A model generated the notes under the pieces. It was not told the origin of the DNA, did not search any database, and saw only the letters and a list, made by a program, of their open reading frames with translations. A stretch of DNA of 58,310 nt, taken from positions 1 through 58,310 of the forward strand of contig DAHWQR010000003.1 of NCBI GenBank assembly GCA_027340655.1, written 5' to 3'. This stretch comes from Candidatus Saccharimonadota bacterium (GTDB lineage: Bacteria; Patescibacteriota; Saccharimonadia; Saccharimonadales; UBA4665). This document shows positions 40,660-50,219 of the stretch, one piece after another. The translations under genes and the position numbers were made by a program. Numbering within the stretch: the stretch's first letter is position 1; every line of letters begins with the position of its first letter.

Positions 40660-41094
40660 ATGATGCAACAGTCTCAAACATCGGTTTTAGGGCTGGATAT
40701 CGGCAACGTCAGGATTGGAGTTGCCAGAGCATCCTGGCCGGACGGTATACCAACTAAACTAACCGTACTTACGAATGACTTAAACCTGAGCGGCGAATTA
40801 GCCAAACTGGTTGCCAGCGAGAATGCCATCCTCTTAGTCGCCGGACTGCCGCGGACCCTGGAAGGCAAAGAAACTAACCAAACCAGGCTGACACTTACGC
40901 TAGTCGACAAATTAAGACAGGAGCTCAAATTGCCAATCTACCTACAGGATGAAGCGGGGACTTCGCTTAAAGCCGAAGAGGAATTAAGGACTAACAATAG
41001 AACGTACCTCAAGTCGGACATCGATCAGCTAAGTGCTGTATATATTCTTGAAGACTTTATGAGCGAGCATAAGGGCGGTAAGAATCTTGGCTAA
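40660..41094 (+). CDS. ruvX: YqgF/RuvX RNase H-fold nuclease
   Basis: LGLDIG..RIGVA, GLPRTL.G, QDE..TS..AEE and IDQLSAVYIL motifs. Confidence 0.88.
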   Translation: MMQQSQTSVLGLDIGNVRIGVARASWPDGIPTKLTVLTNDLNLSGELAKLVASENAILLVAGLPRTLEGKETNQTRLTLTLVDKLRQELKLPIYLQDEAGTSLKAEEELRTNNRTYLKSDIDQLSAVYILEDFMSEHKGGKNLG

Positions 41095-42133
41095 CCGGCG
41101 TTCATTTAAGCGCGTGCCGATGAAAGTCTGGCTTAGCACGGCAATAGTTTTATTGCTATTAATTGGCAGTATAGTCGGGGTCAGATTGTTCTATGATGCG
41201 AACCTTGGAGCGCTTAGTTCGAATCCGAAGAGCGTTATTGTCACAATCCCGAGTGGCGCGAGCGTCAGCCAGATCGGCCAGCTGCTAAAGGACAAGGGCT
41301 TAATTAGATCAAGCTGGGTCTTTGATTGGTACGTGCACAGTACTAATACCAGCAGCAGCTTAGAGGCTGGAACATTTGCTTTATCGCCGAGCGACTCAAT
41401 GTCTAAAATTGTCGGAATAATTGCTTCCGGCCATGTGGCTGAAGGTACGGTAACCATTTTGCCCGGCAAGACAATCGCTCAAATTAAGGATACTTTGATT
41501 AACGACGGTTTTGCTCAGTCCGCGGTTATCTCGGCCCTAAATCCCGCTAATTACAAAAATTTGCCTGTTATTTCCTATCTGCCAAGCGGAGTTTCAACGC
41601 TTGAAGGTTTGCTCTTTCCCGACACTTTCGATAAAACCAGTACTACTAAACCAGCGCAAATAATAACTGAGTCGCTAAGTGAAATGGGCGACCACCTGAC
41701 ACCCGCTCTGAAGGCCCGCTATAGTGCCGAAGGCCTAAGTGTCTACCAAGCGATTACCCTGGCCTCGATTATCCAGCAAGAAGTAGCTAAACCGACCGAC
41801 ATGACTCAAGTCGCGCAGGTCTTTTTAACCCGGTTGAGCCGCGGATTACCGCTCGGTTCAGATGTTACGGCCAATTACGGATCAATCATTGCCAATCAGG
41901 CACCCTCTCTTAGTTATAACTCGCCCTATAACACCCTAATCAACCCCGGCTTGCCGCCAACCCCGATCGGCACAGTTAGCCAAAATGCGCTTGTTGCGGT
42001 GGCTAACCCGGCGCCCACTAATTGGCTGTACTTCGTTACTGGAGATAACGGTACAACCTATTTTGAAACTACAATTCAACAGCACAATGCGGACACCGCG
42101 GCCTACTGCCATAAACTTTGCGCGCTACCGTAG
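41087..42133 (+). CDS. mltG: Endolytic transglycosylase MltG
   Basis: N-terminal TM; LEGLLFPDT, LASIIQQE, SPYNT..NPGLPPTPI and WLYFV motifs. Confidence 0.92.
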   Translation: MANRRSFKRVPMKVWLSTAIVLLLLIGSIVGVRLFYDANLGALSSNPKSVIVTIPSGASVSQIGQLLKDKGLIRSSWVFDWYVHSTNTSSSLEAGTFALSPSDSMSKIVGIIASGHVAEGTVTILPGKTIAQIKDTLINDGFAQSAVISALNPANYKNLPVISYLPSGVSTLEGLLFPDTFDKTSTTKPAQIITESLSEMGDHLTPALKARYSAEGLSVYQAITLASIIQQEVAKPTDMTQVAQVFLTRLSRGLPLGSDVTANYGSIIANQAPSLSYNSPYNTLINPGLPPTPIGTVSQNALVAVANPAPTNWLYFVTGDNGTTYFETTIQQHNADTAAYCHKLCALP

Positions 42134-42171
42134 TTCTAGAATTAGACCCCTGATTCTGCTAAAATTAAACA

Positions 42172-42214
42172 ATCGTTATCTGGGGTAAATTAGAGCCATC
42201 CTCCAGGCAGCGAT
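42172..42214 (+). ncRNA. Structured 5' leader RNA, probably the lysM-TM7 RNA motif
   Basis: Stem ATCGTT/AGCGAT plus CTGGGG/CTCCAG with a 15-nt loop TAAATTAGAGCCATC. It starts ~7 nt after TGC-TAAAAT (42157-42165) and lies directly upstream of a LysM gene. The family assignment rests on context only. Confidence 0.55.
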
Positions 42215-42230
42215 CACCCAAGGAGTAGTT

Positions 42231-43358
42231 ATTAACCGGACTATTTCACACAGCCTAAACTTAGACGCGCTGTCTTTTAAGACGAATCCCCTAAAGCGTC
42301 TACTTAATGTCGCGTTAGGCGGAAAAAGAAAGAGCAGGCGTAAATTAATTAGAGCCAGTCTGTTATTAGGAGAGGCTATTCTATTACTTGGTGTTATTGC
42401 CTTTATCCGTGGCTCAACTAGCGCCCAAGTGTCCCAAACTAGCAGTAGTACGCTGCCCCTGTCACCGGCCGCTGCTAATGCAACGAGTGCATTGAGCCCA
42501 TTAGATCAGCTTTCTTCTGCGATGATCGCTTTAACTGTAGCCCGGCTGGCAAACCTACCGGAAACCACCGCAGTTACCAACCAGGCGGATAGCGAAATAG
42601 CCTTGCTCTCAGTAGCTACGGCAAATAACGATGTCATCTCTAAGCCTCAGGTTGTCGCTACTAACTATGTATCTAATCGGGATATTAAAGTTTACGTCGT
42701 TCAGCCAGGAGACAGCGTGGCTTCAATTGCGCAGAAGTTCAACCTGTCTACAAACAGTATCATCTGGTCGAACAATATTATTGGAAACTATATAGCGCCC
42801 GGTACCAAGCTTCTAATACCGCCCATTAACGGCATTGTATATACCGTTAAATCCGGAGACACGCCGGCTTCTCTGGCTCAAAAATACAGCTCCAATGAAT
42901 CATTGCTGGTTGCCTATAACGACGCCGAAATTAACGGTATTTACCCAGGAGAGCGAATTATTATTCCAAACGGCACTGAACCGGCAGCCGTTAGCTACGC
43001 CAACGTCCTCTATGGATGGGGCTCGGTAGCGACATACGGATTTAATGGCTATGACCCCGGACAGTGCACCTGGTGGGTGGCTAAACTAAGAGCCGAAGCC
43101 GGCAATCCGCTCCCGACTGATCTTGGTAACGCCTATACCTGGGGAATTAATGCCGAACGTTTCGGCTTGCCGGTCGGCACAACTCCTCAAGTCGGGGCTG
43201 CAGTTGTGACCTCTACGGTAGGTTATGGCCACGTCGCCTACGTGACGGCAGTCAATCCAGACGGAACGATTACGATAAGCGAAATGAATTACTACTTTAT
43301 TCCCTACGTGACGGATACCCGGGTCATACCGAGCTCCGGATTACTTTATATCTATTGA
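42231..43358 (+). CDS. LysM-LysM-CHAP peptidoglycan hydrolase, probable ATT start
   Basis: Two LysM repeats (YVVQPGDSV.SIA, YTVKSGDT) and CHAP (GQCTWW, GNA..W, GHVAYV, SEMN). The frame is open from ATT 42231, 5 nt after AAGGAG, and this adds a basic plus hydrophobic anchor. Confidence 0.85.
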   Translation: MNRTISHSLNLDALSFKTNPLKRLLNVALGGKRKSRRKLIRASLLLGEAILLLGVIAFIRGSTSAQVSQTSSSTLPLSPAAANATSALSPLDQLSSAMIALTVARLANLPETTAVTNQADSEIALLSVATANNDVISKPQVVATNYVSNRDIKVYVVQPGDSVASIAQKFNLSTNSIIWSNNIIGNYIAPGTKLLIPPINGIVYTVKSGDTPASLAQKYSSNESLLVAYNDAEINGIYPGERIIIPNGTEPAAVSYANVLYGWGSVATYGFNGYDPGQCTWWVAKLRAEAGNPLPTDLGNAYTWGINAERFGLPVGTTPQVGAAVVTSTVGYGHVAYVTAVNPDGTITISEMNYYFIPYVTDTRVIPSSGLLYIY

Positions 43359-43425
43359 TGATTCAGCTAATCTTAGGTCATAATAGAGCTCTCCTAAAGG
43401 GAAAGTTGAAGTTGAGGCACTAATT

Positions 43426-44700
43426 GTGAATTTTATTGATCAGGCAACAGTGAGTGTAGAGGCTGGTAATGGCGGCGACGGTGGGGTTAGCTTTAGGCAT
43501 GAAAAGTTTATTTCCCGCGGTGGCCCGGACGGCGGCGACGGCGGTAATGGCGGCGACGTTATCCTTCGCGCTAGCTATAACCAGGATTCCTTAGCAACTT
43601 TTCGCTACACCAAGCAGTTGCATGCCGAACACGGTGCACCGGGCAGCGGTAGGCGCAAACACGGCAAAAGCGGGGCTGATTTAGTAGTCGAGGTTCCGGT
43701 AGGCACAGAAGCTAGAGACGATTCCGGCGTCATGGTGGCCGACCTTATTGAGGACGGTCAGAGCGAAATCGTAGCCCTCGGTGGGCGCGGCGGCTTTGGC
43801 AACGCCCATTTCGTCAGTTCGCGCCGCCAAGCACCGAATTTTGCCGAAAAAGGGGAGCCCGGCCAGAGTTTGCAATTAAATCTGGAACTGAAAATGTTGG
43901 CCGACGTCGGTTTAGTCGGACTGCCGAACGCCGGTAAGTCGACATTACTAGGCGCTATTAGCCACGCTCATCCGAAGGTAGCGGACTATCCATTTACAAC
44001 GCTTAACCCTTCGGTCGGAGTAGTAGACGTTGACCAAAAGAGCAGCTTGTTATTTGCGGACATTCCTGGGCTCATTGAGGGCGCCGCCAAAGGCAAGGGT
44101 TTGGGTCATGACTTTCTGCGCCATATTGAACGCACCTCGCTAATTATTCATGTCATCGATGCCTATACAAAGGATGTGGCTGAGGCCTACGAAACAGTGC
44201 GCAACGAGCTCAAGGCGTATAATCCGGATCTAGCAAAACGTCCCGAAATCGTGGCCATTAATAAGGTCGAGGGACTTGACGAAGAGATAACAAGTGATTT
44301 AGTAGCCAGCCTAAAAAGAGTTCTTAAACCTAAATCGACCAGGATATTTCTAATTTCCTCAAGGAGCGGGCAGGGATTAAGAGACCTAGTGTTTGCTGCT
44401 AAAGCCGCTAAAGACAAGGCAGCTAAGCAGGTTAAACCAAGTGCGCCGGAATTGTTCGAATACCGTCTGCCGGAAAGTAAAAGCCGCTGGAGCATAACGA
44501 ATCCGGCGGACAACAAGTACCTAATTAGCGGCACTCAAATTGAACGCTTTGCTCTTCGCACAGACTTTAATAACGAGCAGGCGGTTTCTAGACTGATGGA
44601 TATCTTACGCAAACTTGGCGTGCTCAGGGCTTTGGTCAAGCAGGGCATTAAACCGGGAGATAAGATAGATATTGCCGGCAAGGGCGAGATTATCTATTAG
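43426..44700 (+). CDS. obgE: GTPase ObgE
   Basis: Gly-rich GGPDGGDGG, GLPNAGKS, YPFTT, DIPG and NKVE motifs. Confidence 0.97.
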   Translation: MNFIDQATVSVEAGNGGDGGVSFRHEKFISRGGPDGGDGGNGGDVILRASYNQDSLATFRYTKQLHAEHGAPGSGRRKHGKSGADLVVEVPVGTEARDDSGVMVADLIEDGQSEIVALGGRGGFGNAHFVSSRRQAPNFAEKGEPGQSLQLNLELKMLADVGLVGLPNAGKSTLLGAISHAHPKVADYPFTTLNPSVGVVDVDQKSSLLFADIPGLIEGAAKGKGLGHDFLRHIERTSLIIHVIDAYTKDVAEAYETVRNELKAYNPDLAKRPEIVAINKVEGLDEEITSDLVASLKRVLKPKSTRIFLISSRSGQGLRDLVFAAKAAKDKAAKQVKPSAPELFEYRLPESKSRWSITNPADNKYLISGTQIERFALRTDFNNEQAVSRLMDILRKLGVLRALVKQGIKPGDKIDIAGKGEIIY

Positions 44701-44702
44701 TT

Positions 44703-46184
44703 ATGGCTCAACCGACACTTTTCTTTTACGATCTTGAAACCTCGGGCCTGCACCCTGATTCAGCTCGGATCATGCAGTTTGCCGGCCAGCGTGTAGATTA
44801 CCAGCTAAATAAAGTCGGTGAAGCGTTTAATTTCTTAATCCAGCTTAACGAAGATGTATTGCCTGACCCAAGTGCCATTTTGGTCCATGGTATAGCTCCG
44901 CAACAGACCATCCTCGAAGGATTAACGGAAGCCGAGTTTCTGCGCGAATTTTACGCCTCGATAGTAACCGAGAATACTACTTTCGTTGGCTATAACAATA
45001 TCCGCTTTGACGATGAATTTATGCGTTTCCTAAACTTCCGTAACCTGTATGATCCGTACGCCTGGGCCTGGGAGCAAGGTCGCTCGCGCTGGGATCTCTT
45101 AGACGTCGTGCGTATAACCCGGGCGCTTCGCCCGGAAGGGATTAACTGGCCTCTGGATAGTGATGCTAAACCGACCAATCGGCTCGAGAGTCTGGCCCAA
45201 GCTAACAAACTAAACCATATTTCGGCTCATGACGCTCTTTCGGACGTTGAAGCCACTATTGATCTGGCACGGTTAATTAAACTTAAGCAACCGAAACTTT
45301 TTGAGTATTTGTTTTCAATACGCGTGAAGGATAAGGCAGCTCAGGTGATCGATAACCAACAGCCGTTTATCTATACTTCAAGGCACTACTCATCGGCCAA
45401 TTTAAATACCACCTTGGCAATTAAAGTTGCCCCTAACTTATCTACTCCAGGCAGTTTCCTAGTTTATGATTTACGCTTTGATCCTACGCCGTGGTTAAAA
45501 CTAAGCCCCGAACAGTTAGCCGATAGCTGGCGCTTCAGATTCGACCGCGATTTGGAAGCTAATCCTCTGTTGCCAGTCAAGACAATTAAACTGAATCGCT
45601 GCCCGGCAGTTGCCCCGTCGGAGATTATTCGTTCCGACCCGGAAACTCTAAAGCGTTTGAATTTGGATATGGCGGCAATTGACCAGCATTTAAAAACTAT
45701 TAAAAGTCGGGACGCTCAAGAGTTCGCAGGACGTTTGAATGAGGCCCTAGAGATTTTAAATCAGGAGCAAAGCGCGCGTCAGCAGAAACGTAAGACGACC
45801 CTAGACGCCCGACTTTACGAGGGCTTCTATAACGATCATGACCGTAAGATGCTGCTTGAACTACACGCTGCTAAAGAATCGGCGAGTAAGGTACGTGATC
45901 TAAGGGATAAGTTTAGCGACCATAGATTGGCTCAGCTGTGCAGTTTTTATCTAGCTCGCAACTTTAAGCGCGAACTAAGTGAAAGCGAACGCTCCGGCTG
46001 GGATAAATATCTGAGACGACACCTGCTCGGCGGTGGAGACAATAGCCGTTTAGCGCTGTATTTTAAACAAATTGCCGATTTGGCGCAGGAACGAACGGAT
46101 GCGCGTAGTCAGGTTTTGCTCGAAGATCTCAAGTTGTATGGGGAGTCCCTGATTCCCGCTGACTACACTGGGGAAGAAGATTGA
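44703..46184 (+). CDS. sbcB: Exonuclease I
   Basis: YDLETSG, QFAGQR, GYNNIRFDDE, RPEGINWP and HDALSDV motifs. Confidence 0.92.
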   Translation: MAQPTLFFYDLETSGLHPDSARIMQFAGQRVDYQLNKVGEAFNFLIQLNEDVLPDPSAILVHGIAPQQTILEGLTEAEFLREFYASIVTENTTFVGYNNIRFDDEFMRFLNFRNLYDPYAWAWEQGRSRWDLLDVVRITRALRPEGINWPLDSDAKPTNRLESLAQANKLNHISAHDALSDVEATIDLARLIKLKQPKLFEYLFSIRVKDKAAQVIDNQQPFIYTSRHYSSANLNTTLAIKVAPNLSTPGSFLVYDLRFDPTPWLKLSPEQLADSWRFRFDRDLEANPLLPVKTIKLNRCPAVAPSEIIRSDPETLKRLNLDMAAIDQHLKTIKSRDAQEFAGRLNEALEILNQEQSARQQKRKTTLDARLYEGFYNDHDRKMLLELHAAKESASKVRDLRDKFSDHRLAQLCSFYLARNFKRELSESERSGWDKYLRRHLLGGGDNSRLALYFKQIADLAQERTDARSQVLLEDLKLYGESLIPADYTGEED

Positions 46185-46548
46185 CCCAGCACTAGCGCGG
46201 ACTTCTCGTTTGATCCGGGATATAGTCTGGTTATTTAAAATAAAGTGCAGCAGTGGCCTGCGCCAGCGCTTAAATACAATAAACGCAATTATGCCAAGCG
46301 AAAGCAGACACCACCAGACAAAACCGAGTTTTGTGCCAATCACTAATCCCAAATTTACTAACTGATACATAACCGTAATTGCCCGATATACCTCTCACGG
46401 ATTGATGAGCGGCAATAATACCACGAAATTGTACGTAGGTCAATAAGCGTTCACTCAATAGCCACTTCTTGTGCTTAGACAGTGGTCAAAAGCGGCAAAA
46501 TCAGTTATAATTGTTTACTTTGTCAATTAAGTGAATGGTTAGCGTTTT

Positions 46549-49362
46549 ATGGCCGATGTAATATCAGTTCAAGGTGCGCGGGAACACAACTTAAAGAATT
46601 TAAGTGTCGATATTCCACGCAACAAGCTGGTTGTGATTACCGGTCTTTCCGGCTCCGGCAAGTCCTCATTAGCTTTCGATACCATTTATGCTGAAGGTCA
46701 ACGCCGATATGTTGAGAGCCTGAGCTCTTATGCCAGGCAATTCTTAGGTTTAATGGAAAAACCGGATGTTGACCAAATTGACGGCTTAAGCCCGGCCATC
46801 TCCATCGACCAGAAATCCACCAGCCGCAATCCGCGCTCCACGGTTGCGACGGTAACTGAAATCTATGATTATTTACGATTACTTTATGCCAGAATCGGCA
46901 TACCGCATTGCCCAATCGATAACGTAGTTGTCGAGCGGAGGACAATTGAGGGAATACTGGAGCAAATCTTCTCACGCTTTAAAGGTCATCGGATCATAGT
47001 TCTAGCCCCGGTCGTTATCGATAAAAAGGGAGCTTTTGAACATATTCCCGAGCAGTACAGCCGGGCCGGTTTCGCTAGGGCTAGAGTGGACGGAGTGATT
47101 TATGCTCTTGATGAATTTCCGAGTCTCGACAAAAACCTACGCCATAAAATTGAAATAGTGGTCGATAGGCTGGCCCTTGACGAAGATAGCCGTGGCCGTT
47201 TAGTCCAAAGCGTTGAACAGGCTTTAGATCAAACCGAGGGCCATGTATATGTCTTGGATGCCGACAGCAGTGAGCTTTTAACTTACAGTCTGCGTTATGC
47301 CTGCCCGAACCATCCGGAAGTAGTTATCCCCGAACTGGAACCGCGCACCTTCAGCTTTAACAGCCCGCACGGTGCCTGCCCGGTCTGCACCGGCATTGGT
47401 TCACGACTCGAAGTCGATCCTAACCTGGTTATTCCTAACGGCCGTTTAACGATTGCCGAAGGCGCAATCCGCCCCTACAACCGGATTAATGTAGACAACT
47501 GGTATATGAAGAAACTGACCGCTGTTTCTGAGGCTTATCATTTCTCCTTGCACCAACCAACCGGCGAGTTGCCCCAAGAACAGTTAAACCTGATCTTGTA
47601 TGGAACCGGAGAGCAAACCTACCGCATTCGACTAGGTTCGGGGCGCAGTTTTGAGACAACTTATGAGGGCGTAATTCCTAATCTGGAACGGCGCCACCGG
47701 GAAACCGACAGTGATTTTATCCGCCGCGACATTGAGCGTTTTATGCAGGAAAGACCTTGTTACAAGTGCCATGGCTTGCGGTTAAAGCCCGAAGTCTTGG
47801 CAATTACAGTTAACGATTCCTCGATTATGGACGTCTGTCAGCTATCAATTACCGATGCTGCGGCCTGGGTCGATCAACTTAAGCTCAATCCAACTGAAAC
47901 ACGCATTGCACGCCTAATAATTAAAGAAATCACCGCGAGGCTTAGGTTTCTAATAGATGTTGGTTTGGACTACTTAACTCTACTGCGCAGTGCCGTTACT
48001 TTATCCGGTGGCGAGGCTCAAAGAATCCGCCTGGCGACTCAGATCGGTTCAGGATTAAGCGGTGTCCTATACGTGCTTGATGAGCCTAGTATTGGTTGGC
48101 ACCAAAGAGACAATGCGCGTTTGATTGAGACACTAAAGCGCCTGCGAGATCTCGGCAATTCAGTGTTAGTAGTGGAACACGACGAAGAAACTATCCGCAG
48201 TGCCGATTGGTTACTGGACATTGGACCGGGAGCCGGTATCCATGGCGGTGAAGTAGTAGCCGCCGGCACTCCTGAACAAGTAATAAAACAGCAGCGCAGT
48301 GTTACGGCCGGTTATCTATCCGGCAAGCTGGAGATTCCGATTCCGAAAACCCGGCGCCAGGGAAATGGTAAACAACTGCTAATTAAAGGCGCCAGAGAGA
48401 ATAATCTTAAGAACCTGGATGTGCCGATTCCTTTAGGTAGCTTAGTAGTGGTTAGCGGAGTTAGCGGATCCGGCAAATCCAGTCTGATCAATGACATCCT
48501 GGCAAAAGAACTGCTGGCTAGGCTAAATCGGGCCAGTACTGTGCCGGGCCGTCACGATGACATCGAAGGTATTAAGCAGTTGGACAAGGCAATCATCATT
48601 GATCAAAGTCCGATCGGTCGAACACCACGCTCCAATCCAGCAACTTACATCGGACTGTTTACGCCAATCCGTGAACTGTTCGCTTCGCTACCGGAAGCTA
48701 AACTGCGCGGTTACTCTGCCGGAAGGTTCAGCTTTAATGTGCGCGGTGGGCGTTGCGAGAACTGCCGTGGAGACGGAATTATTAAGATTGAAATGCACTT
48801 CCTGCCAGACGTTTACGTACCCTGCGAGGTTTGTCACGGCAAGCGTTATAACCATGAGGCGCTGGAGATTCACTACAAGGGAAAGAACATCAGCGATGTT
48901 TTAGCTATGACTTGCGAAACCGCGCTGGAATTCTTTGCCAACATCCCATCCGTTAGCCGCAAACTGCAAACTTTGGTTGATGTCGGGCTGGGCTACATTA
49001 CCCTAGGGCAGCCGGCAACTACCTTATCCGGAGGTGAAGCCCAAAGGATTAAGCTATCCAGCGAACTAAGCCGCCGGCCAACGGGCCGGACGTTATATAT
49101 CCTGGACGAACCGACTACCGGGCTGCATATGGCTGACGTCGATAAGTTGCTTAAGATGTTGCATGCTCTGGTTGATGCCGGTAATAGCATGATTGTCATT
49201 GAGCATAACCTAGACATTATTAAGAATGCCGACTACCTCATTGACATGGGTCCGGAAGGTGGAGACGGCGGCGGAAAGATTGTCGCTAGCGGCACTCCTG
49301 AAGCCGTGGCTAATGTAAAAACTAGTTACACCGGCCAATTCTTAAAGCATATTCTTAAGTAA
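46549..49362 (+). CDS. uvrA: Excinuclease ABC subunit A
   Basis: Two ABC cassettes ([24 protein letters not shown] twice) and zinc-finger Cys clusters. Confidence 0.98.
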   Translation: MADVISVQGAREHNLKNLSVDIPRNKLVVITGLSGSGKSSLAFDTIYAEGQRRYVESLSSYARQFLGLMEKPDVDQIDGLSPAISIDQKSTSRNPRSTVATVTEIYDYLRLLYARIGIPHCPIDNVVVERRTIEGILEQIFSRFKGHRIIVLAPVVIDKKGAFEHIPEQYSRAGFARARVDGVIYALDEFPSLDKNLRHKIEIVVDRLALDEDSRGRLVQSVEQALDQTEGHVYVLDADSSELLTYSLRYACPNHPEVVIPELEPRTFSFNSPHGACPVCTGIGSRLEVDPNLVIPNGRLTIAEGAIRPYNRINVDNWYMKKLTAVSEAYHFSLHQPTGELPQEQLNLILYGTGEQTYRIRLGSGRSFETTYEGVIPNLERRHRETDSDFIRRDIERFMQERPCYKCHGLRLKPEVLAITVNDSSIMDVCQLSITDAAAWVDQLKLNPTETRIARLIIKEITARLRFLIDVGLDYLTLLRSAVTLSGGEAQRIRLATQIGSGLSGVLYVLDEPSIGWHQRDNARLIETLKRLRDLGNSVLVVEHDEETIRSADWLLDIGPGAGIHGGEVVAAGTPEQVIKQQRSVTAGYLSGKLEIPIPKTRRQGNGKQLLIKGARENNLKNLDVPIPLGSLVVVSGVSGSGKSSLINDILAKELLARLNRASTVPGRHDDIEGIKQLDKAIIIDQSPIGRTPRSNPATYIGLFTPIRELFASLPEAKLRGYSAGRFSFNVRGGRCENCRGDGIIKIEMHFLPDVYVPCEVCHGKRYNHEALEIHYKGKNISDVLAMTCETALEFFANIPSVSRKLQTLVDVGLGYITLGQPATTLSGGEAQRIKLSSELSRRPTGRTLYILDEPTTGLHMADVDKLLKMLHALVDAGNSMIVIEHNLDIIKNADYLIDMGPEGGDGGGKIVASGTPEAVANVKTSYTGQFLKHILK

Positions 49363-49419
49363 TCTGGTAAAATGTATGCAAGTAGATCTAAACACTAGAC
49401 AGGGGACGATAGGCTAAGT

Positions 49420-50133
49420 ATGGCTCAAGATGTAATTAATCTGACTTTAGAACCGCGCAGTATAACCGGCAAAGCCGTTAAACACTTGCGTAAAGACGGA
49501 AAAACTCCGGCTGTTATTCATGATCACGGCCAACCATCAATAATTGTTGAAGCTGACACTGTTAGCTTGCTCAAGGCCTACCGCCAGGCCGGTAAGCACC
49601 ATCCAATCATTTTAAGCGCCGGTGGAAAAACCTACACTGCAATGATTAAAACCGTGGAATTCGAACCACGCAAGCACCTGCTGAATCATGTTGTTTTTAA
49701 CGCCGTTGCCGCCGACCAAGTCGTTGAGGCGGAAATACCAATTGAGCCACAGTTTAACGAAGGCAACGAAGCCTCTCCGGCCGAAAGATCCGGCCTAATC
49801 GTGCTTAATAACCTTGAATCGGTAACTGTCGAAGCCTTGCCTAAGGATCTGCCGGAAGTTATTTACTATGATGCCGAGAAATTAGTGGAGATAGGCGACC
49901 AGATCTCCGTAGCCGACCTGATTCTGCCACCGAGCGTCGTTCTTAAAACTGAAACCAACCACGCCGTAGCCACCGTTTACGAGCCGAGTGCTCTAGCCGC
50001 GGCTAATGAATCGGCAGGTGGTAGCGCTGAAGAAGCTGTTCCGGCCGAAGAAGGCGAAACCGCCGAAGAAGGCGCAACCGGCGAGGCTTCATCGGAGTCG
50101 GCTGGTGCCGGTTCCGAAAAAACCGAATCCTAA
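49420..50133 (+). CDS. rplY: 50S ribosomal protein L25 (Ctc-type, long form)
   Basis: GK.VK.LR..G.TPAVI, VEALP.DLP.I and IGDQISV.DL motifs; acidic tail. Confidence 0.9.
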   Translation: MAQDVINLTLEPRSITGKAVKHLRKDGKTPAVIHDHGQPSIIVEADTVSLLKAYRQAGKHHPIILSAGGKTYTAMIKTVEFEPRKHLLNHVVFNAVAADQVVEAEIPIEPQFNEGNEASPAERSGLIVLNNLESVTVEALPKDLPEVIYYDAEKLVEIGDQISVADLILPPSVVLKTETNHAVATVYEPSALAAANESAGGSAEEAVPAEEGETAEEGATGEASSESAGAGSEKTES

Positions 50134-50219
50134 GCAGATAATAGGGCCTCTTCTAACAGACAAAGAGATATACTTTTAAGCTGAAGCGCTCATAATTATT
50201 TAAGTAATATATTTTTGTC

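Noticed and set aside
48079..48111. UvrA motif [11 protein letters not shown] instead of DEPSIGLHQRD
   Set aside because: A single-base difference (TTG to TGG would explain it) that cannot be told apart from a polymorphism or read error.
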